Of a stretch of 64,000 bases of DNA, positions 9,579 through 19,235 are shown one piece after another. Made by a program: the position numbers and the translations under genes. The notes beneath the pieces are model-generated. The model did not search any database. It was not told where the DNA came from and saw only the letters and a list, made by a program, of their open reading frames with translations. Within the stretch, counting starts at the first letter, position 1. Each line of letters begins with the position of its first letter. This stretch comes from Bacteroidales bacterium (GTDB lineage Bacteria; Bacteroidota; Bacteroidia; Bacteroidales; DTGW01), in contig JBMFQE010000001.1 in assembly GCA_049968755.1 (NCBI GenBank), positions 75,883 to 139,882 of the forward strand, written 5' to 3'.

Positions 9579-10503
9579 AACTATCCTCGTATTCGGAGTA
9601 ATTACCGTATCCTGTACCTATAATCCCCGAGCAGGCCTTGAGGAGGAGACTTCGACCCGTGGGAAGATTCGTATTGGTGTGGACGAGAGCTATACCCTGC
9701 TGGCAGAAGCTGAACTCGATGTTTTTCAGTCGATGTACGAAAATGCCCACATTACTGCCTTGTATAAACCTGAAATAGATGTGATTAACGATTTATTGAA
9801 CGATTCGGTAAGATTAGTGATTCTATCCCGCAAGCTAACCGATGAGGAAAACCAATACTTTGAAAGCCGCAAAATCTTTCCAAAAACCGTTACTATTGCT
9901 TACGATGCCATTGCTTTTATTTTGAATAAAAGCAATAAGGACTCACTATTGCGCTATACCGATATCAAAGGGATTTTTGAAGGAACTGTAAGTAACTGGC
10001 GGCAGATAAATCCGGCACATAATGCTCCAATAAAGGTAGTATTTGATAATAACAAGTCATCGACAGTTCGGTACGTGGTTGAAAAATTTAAGCTGAACAA
10101 TAAGCTACCTTCCTATTGTTATGCGGTGAATAGGAATGAAGAGGTAATTAATTACGTGGAAAAACATTCGAATGCTATTGGGGTCATTGGCGTATCCTGG
10201 ATCAGCGACCGTGACGACAGCGTTGCAAAGGGTTTTCTGAAACGTATCAGGGTTGCAGCCATTTCGTCGCAGGATAACCCCGACGGTAATGAGTTTTATC
10301 GTCCCTACCAGGGATTTATTGCAGACAAGTCGTATCCATTTATTCGGGAGGTTTATATTATTAACAGGGAAAGTTTTACAGGGCTTGGAACTGGTTTTAC
10401 CCAATGGGTAACCTCCGACCAGGGTCAGCGCATTGTACTGAAAATGGGACTAGTACCAGCTACCATGCCTATCAGGTTAATCAAAACAAAAAAAAGCTTC
10501 TAA
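9562..10503 (+). CDS. PstS-like periplasmic substrate-binding lipoprotein (PBP fold)
   Basis: Lipoprotein signal (ILVFGVITVSC), PBP-like motifs (IRIGVDESY..., GVIGVSWI), and a position at the head of the Ton cluster. Confidence 0.65.
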   Translation: MKTIIKTILVFGVITVSCTYNPRAGLEEETSTRGKIRIGVDESYTLLAEAELDVFQSMYENAHITALYKPEIDVINDLLNDSVRLVILSRKLTDEENQYFESRKIFPKTVTIAYDAIAFILNKSNKDSLLRYTDIKGIFEGTVSNWRQINPAHNAPIKVVFDNNKSSTVRYVVEKFKLNNKLPSYCYAVNRNEEVINYVEKHSNAIGVIGVSWISDRDDSVAKGFLKRIRVAAISSQDNPDGNEFYRPYQGFIADKSYPFIREVYIINRESFTGLGTGFTQWVTSDQGQRIVLKMGLVPATMPIRLIKTKKSF

Positions 10504-10543
10504 ACTTTTGCTCAAAAAAGAATTTATATAAATTTGACAACTT

Positions 10544-10551
10544 TAATTTTG
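10544..10551 (+). promoter_or_regulatory. -7 promoter box TAATTTTG
   Basis: TAnnTTTG match 38 nt upstream of the ATG at 10589. Confidence 0.4.
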
Positions 10552-10588
10552 CAATTTGTTGATTGATAAATAGTTTAAAACAAGGCCT

Positions 10589-12463
10589 ATGAAAATGAAG
10601 ACTTTCACTACGCGCATGATGGGAGCTATTTTGCTGAGCATTTTCTCGATGAGTTTTGTACAATCGCAAACGCTTGGAGAGGCCCTTAAACTGATGAGAA
10701 ATGAGAGGCTTGAGGATGCCTATAATATGCTTCGTGAGGTGATTAAAAACGAACCCAATAATGCCGATGCCTATTACTACCTGGGTGAAATTGTACTGAA
10801 AAGTTATCTGAATGATCCATATTCCAATACGCAGGAAGAAGCGGTGAAGGAAGCAAAAGCAAGTTTTCAAAAAGGTATTCAGGTCGATAGTACTAAAATG
10901 CTCAATTACATTGGGATGGGGATGATAGCCCTCATGACAAAGAACGATACCGTGACAGCCGATTATTATTTTTCAAAGGTTGAAAAGACAATACCTACCA
11001 AATTCAAAAAATTTACGGATAATGATTTTACCTTGCTTATCAAGCTGGGACAAGCGCAATTGTATTCGCCTAAGCCCCGTTATTATAAGGCCATAGCATA
11101 TCTTGAAAAAGCCAAGGCAGCCAGTGCTGATCTGGGTACACGTACTAAAAAGCTGTCGAATGAAAAGCCTGAAGTTTACATTGCCCTGGGTGATGTGTAC
11201 CTTGAAATGAATGATGCCTCGGCCGCAGTAGCTAACTACAACAAGGCTACCTTTATCAATCCTGATTTGGCAGAACCTATCGTTAAAATAGGAAGGTTGT
11301 ACATGCGTTCGCGCAACTTGCAGGCTGCACGTAATAATTTTGATCAGGCTAAGGAAATAGACTCAACCTACGCACCGCTTTACAGGGCTTATGGAGAACT
11401 TTATTTGATGAGTTCGGGTACCGCTCAATTTGCCAAAATTAATTTCAAAAAATTCCTGGAACTTTCGGGGAATAATGTGCCAGCAAAGATACAGTATGTT
11501 AACTCGCTTTTTAAATCGAAAGATTATAAGGAATGTCTCGAAAATATTGAGGAGATTCTGGCTTATGATAAATCGCGCAATTATCTGAATCGTGTTGCAG
11601 CCTATTCGGCTTACGAAATGCGGCCGCCCGATTACAATAAGGCCTTGTACTACATTGAGGAATTTTTTAAGAACACTACCCCTGAGAAAATTATTTCTAA
11701 GGATTATGCATACTATGGCCGAATTTTACTTAAGCTTAAGGATAAGGATACCAGCTATGTAAGCAAAGCTTTTGACAATTTGCTAAAGGCATATAACATA
11801 GATTCAACGGATGTTGAGCTTATTACCGATATAGCATACAATGCATATTACAGTAAAATGTTTCCGCTGGCTATTCGAATGTTGCAAAAGAAAATTGAGC
11901 TTGGGCAGGGACAATCTTCGGACTACATGCTGATGGGTAAGGCATACTATCAAATGGCTCAGGGATTGACAGACACTACTGCTCAAAATACAAATTATCG
12001 GGCAGCGCAGGCTGTATTCACACAGTTAGCCAAGCTTGAGCCCGACAATGTGCAGGCATATTTGTGGATAGCCAACACTGCCTACAGCCTTGATCCTGAT
12101 GGAAAGCAGGGGTTGGCTTTGCCTCAGTATCAGAAAGTGATTGAGGTGGCCTCAAACGATACAGTTAAAAATGCAGCTGAACTCTATGAGGCATACCGAT
12201 TCATGGGTTCGTATTACTTTTACAATACAAAACCCGATTACGATCAGGCAGAAAAATATTTTACCAAAATCATTTATCTTGATCCTAAAAAGGATCAGTG
12301 GAAAATAATGGGATATTCTTCACTGGCAGTACTTTACACAAAGAAAAAAGAGTATTCTAAGGCACTTGAAATGTATAACCGGATTCTTGCGCTGGATCCT
12401 AATAATACCGATGTAAAGAAAACCATTGAGGCACTAAAAAAATCGATGAAAGGTCAACAATGA
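10589..12463 (+). CDS. Secreted tetratricopeptide (TPR) repeat protein
   Basis: Signal peptide followed by many TPR-like A/Y/L repeats (DAYYYLGE..., ALEMYNRILALDPNN). Confidence 0.8.
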   Translation: MKMKTFTTRMMGAILLSIFSMSFVQSQTLGEALKLMRNERLEDAYNMLREVIKNEPNNADAYYYLGEIVLKSYLNDPYSNTQEEAVKEAKASFQKGIQVDSTKMLNYIGMGMIALMTKNDTVTADYYFSKVEKTIPTKFKKFTDNDFTLLIKLGQAQLYSPKPRYYKAIAYLEKAKAASADLGTRTKKLSNEKPEVYIALGDVYLEMNDASAAVANYNKATFINPDLAEPIVKIGRLYMRSRNLQAARNNFDQAKEIDSTYAPLYRAYGELYLMSSGTAQFAKINFKKFLELSGNNVPAKIQYVNSLFKSKDYKECLENIEEILAYDKSRNYLNRVAAYSAYEMRPPDYNKALYYIEEFFKNTTPEKIISKDYAYYGRILLKLKDKDTSYVSKAFDNLLKAYNIDSTDVELITDIAYNAYYSKMFPLAIRMLQKKIELGQGQSSDYMLMGKAYYQMAQGLTDTTAQNTNYRAAQAVFTQLAKLEPDNVQAYLWIANTAYSLDPDGKQGLALPQYQKVIEVASNDTVKNAAELYEAYRFMGSYYFYNTKPDYDQAEKYFTKIIYLDPKKDQWKIMGYSSLAVLYTKKKEYSKALEMYNRILALDPNNTDVKKTIEALKKSMKGQQ

Positions 12464-12560
12464 AACTCTACTTGCAAATTAGTGGGGAAAATATTTTATT
12501 TGTGAGCAATTTTTTAAAAGATAACAGGTAATTTATTAAAAACTTAAAACAATTTTTAAT

Positions 12561-13361
12561 ATGAAGGCTTTAAAAGAAATTTTCAGCTCTGTGTTCAATA
12601 CACTGGTTATTTTGGCTTGTTTTGGGATAAGCCTTTACATTTACTTGAAGATTATGGGTAATCCTATCAATTTTATGGAAAACAATCCCAAGGGTCACCC
12701 ACTTCCTGGAAATTATTTGGGGATTATGTACAAAGGGGGGCCTATTGTGCCAGTGCTTTTAACGGTAGTATTAACGCTGTTAACTTTTGTTATTGAACGT
12801 TTTATTTCGTTGAGCAGAGCAAATGGAAAGGGAAGTGTTGTAAAGTTTGTCCGTAACATTCAAGAATTGCTTAAGGAAGATAAGATTGAAGAAGCACGTG
12901 CTTTGTGCGACAAGCAGAAAGGTTCGATTGCAAATGTTATTAAAGGTGGCTTAACTCGTTATCGTGAGTTGCAAAACGATCCTACGCTGGCTAAAGACCA
13001 AAAGATACTTGCTTTGCAGAAAGATCTGGAAGAAGCTACGGCATTGGAACTGCCGGGATTATCGAAAAACATGGTAATTCTTTCAACAGTAGCTTCGATA
13101 TCTGTGTTAATTGGTCTTATCGGTACGGTACTTGGTATGATTCGCGCATTTGCTGCATTGGCCAATCAGGGTGCTCCCGATGCCTTACAGCTGGCAACAG
13201 GTATTTCCGAAGCTCTTGTTAATACTGCATTCGGTATTACCGGTTCAACCATTGCTATTCTTATGTATAACTATTTCTCCTCGAGAGTAGATGCTATGAC
13301 CTATCGCATTGATGAATCGAACTACAGTATTGTTCAAACTTTTGCAGCTAGCCTTAAATAA
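12561..13361 (+). CDS. exbB: MotA/TolQ/ExbB proton-channel protein
   Basis: Three TM segments and the conserved C-terminal ExbB motif (LIGLIGTVLGMIRAF...GISEALVNTAFGI). Confidence 0.9.
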   Translation: MKALKEIFSSVFNTLVILACFGISLYIYLKIMGNPINFMENNPKGHPLPGNYLGIMYKGGPIVPVLLTVVLTLLTFVIERFISLSRANGKGSVVKFVRNIQELLKEDKIEEARALCDKQKGSIANVIKGGLTRYRELQNDPTLAKDQKILALQKDLEEATALELPGLSKNMVILSTVASISVLIGLIGTVLGMIRAFAALANQGAPDALQLATGISEALVNTAFGITGSTIAILMYNYFSSRVDAMTYRIDESNYSIVQTFAASLK

Positions 13362-13428
13362 AGGCGCGGTGGTGTGTATGGGCACTATTTTTAGATTCAT
13401 CAATTGTATAACGCTTAAATAAATAAAT

Positions 13429-14061
13429 ATGGCGAAGGTTAAAATGGCAGTGAGGTCTCCGCGCATCGACATGACGCCGATGGTGGATACCTTTACATTG
13501 CTGCTGACATTCTTTATGATGACCACTACGTTCCGGCCACAAGAAGCTGTGCAGGTGGATACGCCCTCGTCAATATCTGAAAAAACTGCGCCCGAAAAGA
13601 ACGTTATTACTATTTACATTTCTAAGGACAACAAGGTATTTTTCAATATTGATGAAGGAACCGACACATCGTTACACATTCGTGCTAAGGTTCTTCAGGG
13701 GGTTTCGGAACAGCTGAGGGTTCCATTTACCAAGGAACAGATCAGTAAGTTTGAACGTTTGGCATCATTTGGCATGCCCATAAAAGATTTGCCGAAGTGG
13801 ATTGATGCTGAGGATCAAAAAACCAGAGATGAATTGCAGACGGGAATCCCCATTGATTCTACTGATAATCAGCTGGCTATGTGGGTACTGTTTGCCCGTA
13901 AAGCTAATCCTAATGCCGAGGCAAGTATAAAAGGGGATGCCGGTGCTGACTTTAAGGTTGTAAAGCGTGTGCTTGATATTTTGCAGGATTACAAAATTAA
14001 TAAGTTCAATCTTACAACCAACCTGGAGAAAGTAGAAGTAAAACTTGAAGATATTAAATAG
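13429..14061 (+). CDS. exbD: ExbD/TolR family protein (long form)
   Basis: The N-terminal motif IDMTPMVDTFTLLLTFFM is typical of ExbD/TolR. Confidence 0.85.
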   Translation: MAKVKMAVRSPRIDMTPMVDTFTLLLTFFMMTTTFRPQEAVQVDTPSSISEKTAPEKNVITIYISKDNKVFFNIDEGTDTSLHIRAKVLQGVSEQLRVPFTKEQISKFERLASFGMPIKDLPKWIDAEDQKTRDELQTGIPIDSTDNQLAMWVLFARKANPNAEASIKGDAGADFKVVKRVLDILQDYKINKFNLTTNLEKVEVKLEDIK

Positions 14062-14069
14062 AAAAAATC

Positions 14070-14735
14070 ATGGCTGAAATCATCCAAGACGAAGGTGGCG
14101 GAAGGAAAAAAGGCAAAAGAAGACCCAAAAAGCATTCCACGCACATCGACATGACACCGATGGTGGACCTAATGACGCTTTTGCTTACGTTCTTCATGCT
14201 TACCACTGCTTTTAGCAAGCCAAAGGCGATGGAGATAGTGCTTCCTGAAAAAGATCAGAAGGAGAACAAGAAGGAAGACAAAGAAAATCAAATTCCCAAG
14301 TGGCGTGCTGTTAATATCATTCTTGACGAGAACGATAAGATATACTATTACACGGGATTAGTGGAAAAACCACCTTATCCCGAATTGATCGAGACCGATT
14401 TTAGTAAGGATGGTATTCGTAAGTATTTGCTTAAACGTAACCGGACCCTATACGAGAAAATCGATAGCCTGAATGTTGCAGCGCTGAAGAGCCGCAAGCC
14501 AATTCCTCCCGATACGCTGGCTAAGCAAATTCGTGAATTGAAAAAGGCGGATAAGGTAGGGCCTATTGTCCTGATTAAGGCTACCGATAAGGTTAAGTAC
14601 CGCAACATGGTAGATATTATCGACGAAATGGCTATTTGTAATATTGCTCGCTACGCTATTGTCGATATTAATCCTCAAGAGCTAAAAATGCTTGAGGAAT
14701 ATAAGAAGAAGAGTTCTGTAACTGCAAATAAATGA
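14070..14735 (+). CDS. exbD: ExbD/TolR family protein (long form, paralogue)
   Basis: IDMTPMVDLMTLLLTFFM motif, adjacent to the first exbD. Confidence 0.85.
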   Translation: MAEIIQDEGGGRKKGKRRPKKHSTHIDMTPMVDLMTLLLTFFMLTTAFSKPKAMEIVLPEKDQKENKKEDKENQIPKWRAVNIILDENDKIYYYTGLVEKPPYPELIETDFSKDGIRKYLLKRNRTLYEKIDSLNVAALKSRKPIPPDTLAKQIRELKKADKVGPIVLIKATDKVKYRNMVDIIDEMAICNIARYAIVDINPQELKMLEEYKKKSSVTANK

Positions 14736-14741
14736 TTTAGT

Positions 14742-15533
14742 ATGGCAAAGAAGGGTTTACAAGAGGTTGACCCCATCGATTCGCTCGATGATATTGTGTT
14801 CGAGCATAGGAATAAGGAGTATGGGGTTTACCAGTTGAGGAAGAAATACAAGAAGTATCTCCTCATAGGGTTTGCCATCGCTTTCCTCATTTTTAGCGGA
14901 GCAGTTGCATACCCGCTAATTGAAGCATACAAGCTCAAATCGGGAGCTAAAAAACATCTCGAGAAAAATGTGGAAGCTGTGCTGGAAAATTTGCAAAAAG
15001 AAGATATGCCTCCTCCTCCCCCCCCTCCGCCACCACCTGCTGCCCTGGAGCAACAGGTTAAATTTAAGGCACCAGTGGTAGTGGATACGGTAAAGGAAGA
15101 GGTAACGTTGGCTACCATTGAAGAACAAAAGGAGATTGTGAGCAATGAAGCTCCACCCGAACAGATAGTTGTGGAGCAAAAACAAGAAAAAGAAGCAGTT
15201 ATTGAAGATGATGGTCCTGCTTTTGTGGTGGTTGAAGAAAATGCAACTTTCCAGGGTGGTGATATTAACTCTTTCCGTATCTGGGTACAGCAGAATATAG
15301 TGTATCCGACTGCTGCTGCTGAAGCTGGTATATCAGGTAAGGTTATTGTACAGTTTGCAGTCAACTCGAGAGGGCAGGTTGTGGACGTTAAGGTGTTGCG
15401 TGGCGTTCATCCCGAGCTCGACAAGGAAGCTGTACGTTGTATTCTTAGCTCGCCCCGCTGGTCGCCTGGTAAGCAAGGTGGAAAGGCTGTAAAGCAGCAA
15501 TTCGTTATCCCAATTGTGTTTACGCTTCAGTAA
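14742..15533 (+). CDS. tonB: TonB-family energy transducer
   Basis: N-terminal TM segment, a run of 9 consecutive prolines, and a C-terminal TonB domain (GISGKVIVQFAVNSRGQVVDVKVLRG...). Confidence 0.9.
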   Translation: MAKKGLQEVDPIDSLDDIVFEHRNKEYGVYQLRKKYKKYLLIGFAIAFLIFSGAVAYPLIEAYKLKSGAKKHLEKNVEAVLENLQKEDMPPPPPPPPPPAALEQQVKFKAPVVVDTVKEEVTLATIEEQKEIVSNEAPPEQIVVEQKQEKEAVIEDDGPAFVVVEENATFQGGDINSFRIWVQQNIVYPTAAAEAGISGKVIVQFAVNSRGQVVDVKVLRGVHPELDKEAVRCILSSPRWSPGKQGGKAVKQQFVIPIVFTLQ

Positions 15534-15552
15534 AGTCGATTTTACATACAGT

Positions 15553-15588
15553 AAAAAAAGGCCTGAAATCAAATCAGGCCTTTTTTTA
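15553..15588 (+). terminator. Intrinsic terminator after tonB
   Basis: GGCCTGA-aatcaaa-TCAGGCC followed by TTTTTTT. Confidence 0.75.
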
Positions 15589-15738
15589 TTCCCAATGGTC
15601 ATGGCCAAATGTTTTTAATATAATTCCTTTTTAAAAAGATATAAACTAAGTTCGAGCTTAATTTTTGACATCAGGTCGGATTACATTAGACCTGTCAATA
15701 TGAGACTAATTTTTTCCCAGAAAAATAAAATTCTGTTA

Positions 15739-15746
15739 TACCTTTA
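15739..15746 (+). promoter_or_regulatory. -7-like promoter box TACCTTTA
   Basis: One mismatch to TAnnTTTG, 23 nt upstream of the ATG at 15769. The same octamer occurs in three of the four copies of the 104-nt repeat family (D lacks one T). Confidence 0.35.
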
Positions 15747-15768
15747 TAAAAAAGCAAATTCATTGAAT

Positions 15769-18700
15769 ATGAATAAAATACACTATATATTGTCTTGGGT
15801 ATTTACCATTTTTTTGGGGATACTGCCGTTGCCTGTTGTCGCACAGGAAGGAGCAGTTTTTATAAATCATTATTTCCCCTCCAATGAGGCGTATACTGCT
15901 AATTTAGACATGCTGTATAGCTCCGATGGACATATTTTGCTGGCTAATGAGCGGGGTATTCTTATTTTTGACGGGTATCAATGGGAGCTTGTTCCAACCC
16001 CTGATATTCCCACGGTACTGTATGCTCTCCCTCGGTACAATAGGGTAGTGGTAGGGGGACGAAACTTGCTAGGTTGGGTTGAACGAAAAACCAATGGTGA
16101 GTATGTTTTTAATTCGCTCAAGCACGACTCTATAGGTATTATTACCCAGATTGAGGCTGCCGATTCATTTGTTTACTTTCTTACTCCACATCAGATTATT
16201 GTGGCAAACAATACCTTAAGTCAGTTGCGCATACTTTCGGCACGTCCAGGAAAAGTTTTTCAACTTTTGATACCCTTTTTGGATAAGATGTACGTTGACG
16301 ATGGCTCGCCACAGCTTTCACTTATCACCGCCAATGGTTTTAAGCCGCAGATCAATTTCTCGATAGCGGGTAGTGTACTATATGCCCGTCCCTACGATGC
16401 CAAAAAATTGTTTCTTGTAACGACCGACAACAGGTGTTATCTTTTTGATGGGCACAACATGGTTCCCTTCGTCATTGAAGATCAGGTATATCTTAGTCAG
16501 GGTGCAATTAGTCAGGTTATGGTTGTGGGCACCTATATTGCTTTTGCTACCAATCATGGCGGATGCCTTGTGGTAAACCGATCGAATGGACGAACACTGC
16601 ATTATATCAATTATCAGACGGGTTTGCCTGATGATGAAATATACTGTATGACTGCCGACTCTGATGGAGGCATCTGGCTGGGGCATTTTTATGGATTAAG
16701 CCGTGCTGATTTTCAGCTTCCGGTAAAAAACTTCAGTACATATCCTGGTTTACAGGGACGACCTCAATGCATGGCCATGTTCCAGAATACCCTGTTTGTA
16801 GGGACTAATGAGGGTGTTTTTCGTTTGATCAGGAAAGCAAGCTACCAGGCGGTTATTACCCCATCTGTTGTTAAGCCCGTTGTTAGCAGCACACACCACG
16901 AGGAAATAAAAGGAACCGGTAAATCCGAAACTCAAATTGCTGCTGAGGCTCCCGTAAAGAAAGGATTGTTTGCCCGTATTTTTGGCAAAAAGAAGAAGCA
17001 AGAAGAGGAAAAGGCGGAGAAACCCTTAGTCATTGAGCAAAATATTTCAGTTTCCACCGAGCGAAAAGCTTCTGCTCCTAAGGTCACCTATCGTTTGGCA
17101 TCAATTTCTTATCAATATGAAAAATTGCAGGGTATCGGTAAAAAATGTAAGCAATTGGTGGTATTCAAAGATGATATAATTGCTATTACTACGGATGAGT
17201 TGTATAGAGTTCAGAAAGATAGGGCTGTATCCATAGCCAGAAACATTGTTGTTAATGCTATTTATGTTGACCGTGCACGTCAGTGTGTATATCTGGCAAC
17301 TGGCGAGGGAATCAAGAAGATGACTGCAAGCTACAAGCTCGAGGATCTCATTTCAGGCAAGCGTGATCCTGTTGTTTCACTTACGGTTATTGACAATACG
17401 CTTTGGGCGGGTATGGAAAAAATGATTTTAAAAGTAAATCTAACTCGGCCGAATGTTGTCAACAAGGTTATTAGGCTGAAGGGCAACGAAAAGTACCTGC
17501 TTAAAAATATACAGCAAACCCCCTTTGTCTTTGCTGTAAGCGGAGTGTATCGCATAGTAAACGATAGTTTACAATATTTTACAGGGCTCTCGATGCAGTT
17601 GAAAAGCGTAAGCAAATTTTTTTCTCAACAATCCGATCTGATATGGGCAAATGTTGGGAATACATGGCAGGCAATTTCTCCCTCCGACAGTACGAAAATT
17701 ATATCTTACAGTTGGTTGAATCTTTTCGATAACATAAGCTATTTATCTAAGATTGATACCGTGCTATGGGTTATAGAAAATAATCAGAGCCTTTACAGGA
17801 TTTCATTACCACAGTTGGATAAAGCTGGGGGCACATTTCAGGTTTTTATAAAAAAACTTATGGGCAACAATGGGCAGCTTTTTCCTCTGGAACGCATTGA
17901 GCTCAGTCCTAATGAGAATTTTCTCAAGCTAGAGGTTTTTGCGCCGAGTTATATTAAGTCGACCACTACACAATATGCTTTTTATATTGAAAATCTGATG
18001 CAGCAATGGAGTGATTGGAGTCCATCTCCCGAATTCAATATGACATTGCCGCCTGGCCGGTGGAAGGTTCATGTTAAAGCTAAAAATGTTTTTGGTAAGG
18101 AAAGTGAAGAGAAGATTGTTCAGATTGTTATCCTGAAGCCTTTTTATCAGCAATGGTGGTTTTATCTTCTTGTTGGGGCTATAGTTGTGTTGCTGATAGG
18201 GGGAATAGTTTCATTGCGAATTCGTTATCTTGAGAGGGAAAAAGCTATTCTGGAAGCCAAGGTCAAGGAGCGTACCCGGGAGATCGAAGAACAAAAAGAA
18301 GAAATTCTCTCACAACGCGATGCACTGGCCATGCAAAATATGCTGATTGTGGAACAAAAGAATAAGATTGAACATATCAACAAAGAAATTACCGATAGCA
18401 TTCGTTATGCACGGCATATTCAGTCTTCATTGTTACCTAACAAGGCCGAGCTTGATAAAGTTTTTAAACAGTATTTTATCTTATATAAACCCAAGGATAT
18501 TGTGTCGGGTGATTTTTATTGGGCACGACAAAAAGGGGATAAAACTTATGTGGCGGTGGCCGACTGTACGGGGCATGGGGTACCCGGTGGATTTATAACC
18601 ATGCTGGGTATTTCGTATCTCAATGAAATTTTTCATAACGATGGCACAATGTCGGCATACGAGATTCTCAATCGTTTAAGGGAAAAGGTGGTTGGTAGTT

Positions 18701-19137
18701 TGATACGGGAAAATCAGGAGCAACAGGCACAGGATGGGATGGACATAGCGTTTTGCATAATAGATAATAAGCAAAAAAAGATATACTTTGCTGCCGCCAA
18801 CAGTCAGGCTTATCTTATTATGGGTCAGGATATTATAGAGCTTAAGGGAGATAAAATGCCTATTGGTTTGCATGTGAAGATTAACGAAAGTTTTACTGAG
18901 TCGGTGTTTGAATTTCGGCCAGGGAATGAGCTTTTTCTTTTTTCCGACGGATACAAGGACCAGATAGGTGGCGAGAATGAGAAAAGACTTAAGTCGGCTG
19001 CCTTTAAAAAAATATTACTCGATATTTATCCCTATCCGACTGAAACTCAGCAACAGCTTATTGAGCAAGCTCATGAGGAATGGAAAGGTTCGTATGATCA
19101 AACGGATGATATTCTGGTGATGGGTATTAAGCTTTAA
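15769..19137 (+). CDS. Periplasmic beta-propeller/Y_Y_Y sensor fused to a cytoplasmic PP2C (SpoIIE-type) phosphatase
   Basis: Signal peptide at MNKIHYILSWVFTIFLGILPLPVVAQEG and a long propeller-like ectodomain. A TM segment (WWFYLLVGAIVVLLIGGIV) and a coiled coil follow. The SpoIIE motifs are SGDFYW, ADCTGHGVPG and DDILVMG. The listed start at 15700 would include the promoter-like box. Confidence 0.8.
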   Translation: MNKIHYILSWVFTIFLGILPLPVVAQEGAVFINHYFPSNEAYTANLDMLYSSDGHILLANERGILIFDGYQWELVPTPDIPTVLYALPRYNRVVVGGRNLLGWVERKTNGEYVFNSLKHDSIGIITQIEAADSFVYFLTPHQIIVANNTLSQLRILSARPGKVFQLLIPFLDKMYVDDGSPQLSLITANGFKPQINFSIAGSVLYARPYDAKKLFLVTTDNRCYLFDGHNMVPFVIEDQVYLSQGAISQVMVVGTYIAFATNHGGCLVVNRSNGRTLHYINYQTGLPDDEIYCMTADSDGGIWLGHFYGLSRADFQLPVKNFSTYPGLQGRPQCMAMFQNTLFVGTNEGVFRLIRKASYQAVITPSVVKPVVSSTHHEEIKGTGKSETQIAAEAPVKKGLFARIFGKKKKQEEEKAEKPLVIEQNISVSTERKASAPKVTYRLASISYQYEKLQGIGKKCKQLVVFKDDIIAITTDELYRVQKDRAVSIARNIVVNAIYVDRARQCVYLATGEGIKKMTASYKLEDLISGKRDPVVSLTVIDNTLWAGMEKMILKVNLTRPNVVNKVIRLKGNEKYLLKNIQQTPFVFAVSGVYRIVNDSLQYFTGLSMQLKSVSKFFSQQSDLIWANVGNTWQAISPSDSTKIISYSWLNLFDNISYLSKIDTVLWVIENNQSLYRISLPQLDKAGGTFQVFIKKLMGNNGQLFPLERIELSPNENFLKLEVFAPSYIKSTTTQYAFYIENLMQQWSDWSPSPEFNMTLPPGRWKVHVKAKNVFGKESEEKIVQIVILKPFYQQWWFYLLVGAIVVLLIGGIVSLRIRYLEREKAILEAKVKERTREIEEQKEEILSQRDALAMQNMLIVEQKNKIEHINKEITDSIRYARHIQSSLLPNKAELDKVFKQYFILYKPKDIVSGDFYWARQKGDKTYVAVADCTGHGVPGGFITMLGISYLNEIFHNDGTMSAYEILNRLREKVVGSLIRENQEQQAQDGMDIAFCIIDNKQKKIYFAAANSQAYLIMGQDIIELKGDKMPIGLHVKINESFTESVFEFRPGNELFLFSDGYKDQIGGENEKRLKSAAFKKILLDIYPYPTETQQQLIEQAHEEWKGSYDQTDDILVMGIKL

Positions 19138-19189
19138 CTCAGCGAAATTCAGAACAATACCAATATTTTTCGTATGTTTTTCTGAAAAT

Positions 19190-19211
19190 AAGGGCGCTGT
19201 AAAGCGCCCTT
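19190..19211. terminator. Bidirectional hairpin terminator between convergent genes
   Basis: AAGGGCGCT-gtaa-AGCGCCCTT, flanked by A- and T-rich sequence. Confidence 0.65.
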
Positions 19212-19235
19212 GGTGAATTTCTCCTATATGAATGC

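Noticed and set aside
14828-15364. 178-aa minus-strand ORF antisense to tonB.
   Set aside because: It is a mirror artefact of the Pro-rich/GC-rich linker (poly-Gly from the poly-Pro codons). It has no start context, and tonB on the plus strand has clear domain motifs.
15700-15768. 23-codon N-terminal extension of the SpoIIE-type gene (MRLIFSQKNKILLYLYKKANSLN).
   Set aside because: The extension contains the promoter-like TACCTTTA box, and a good signal peptide begins at the ATG at 15769.
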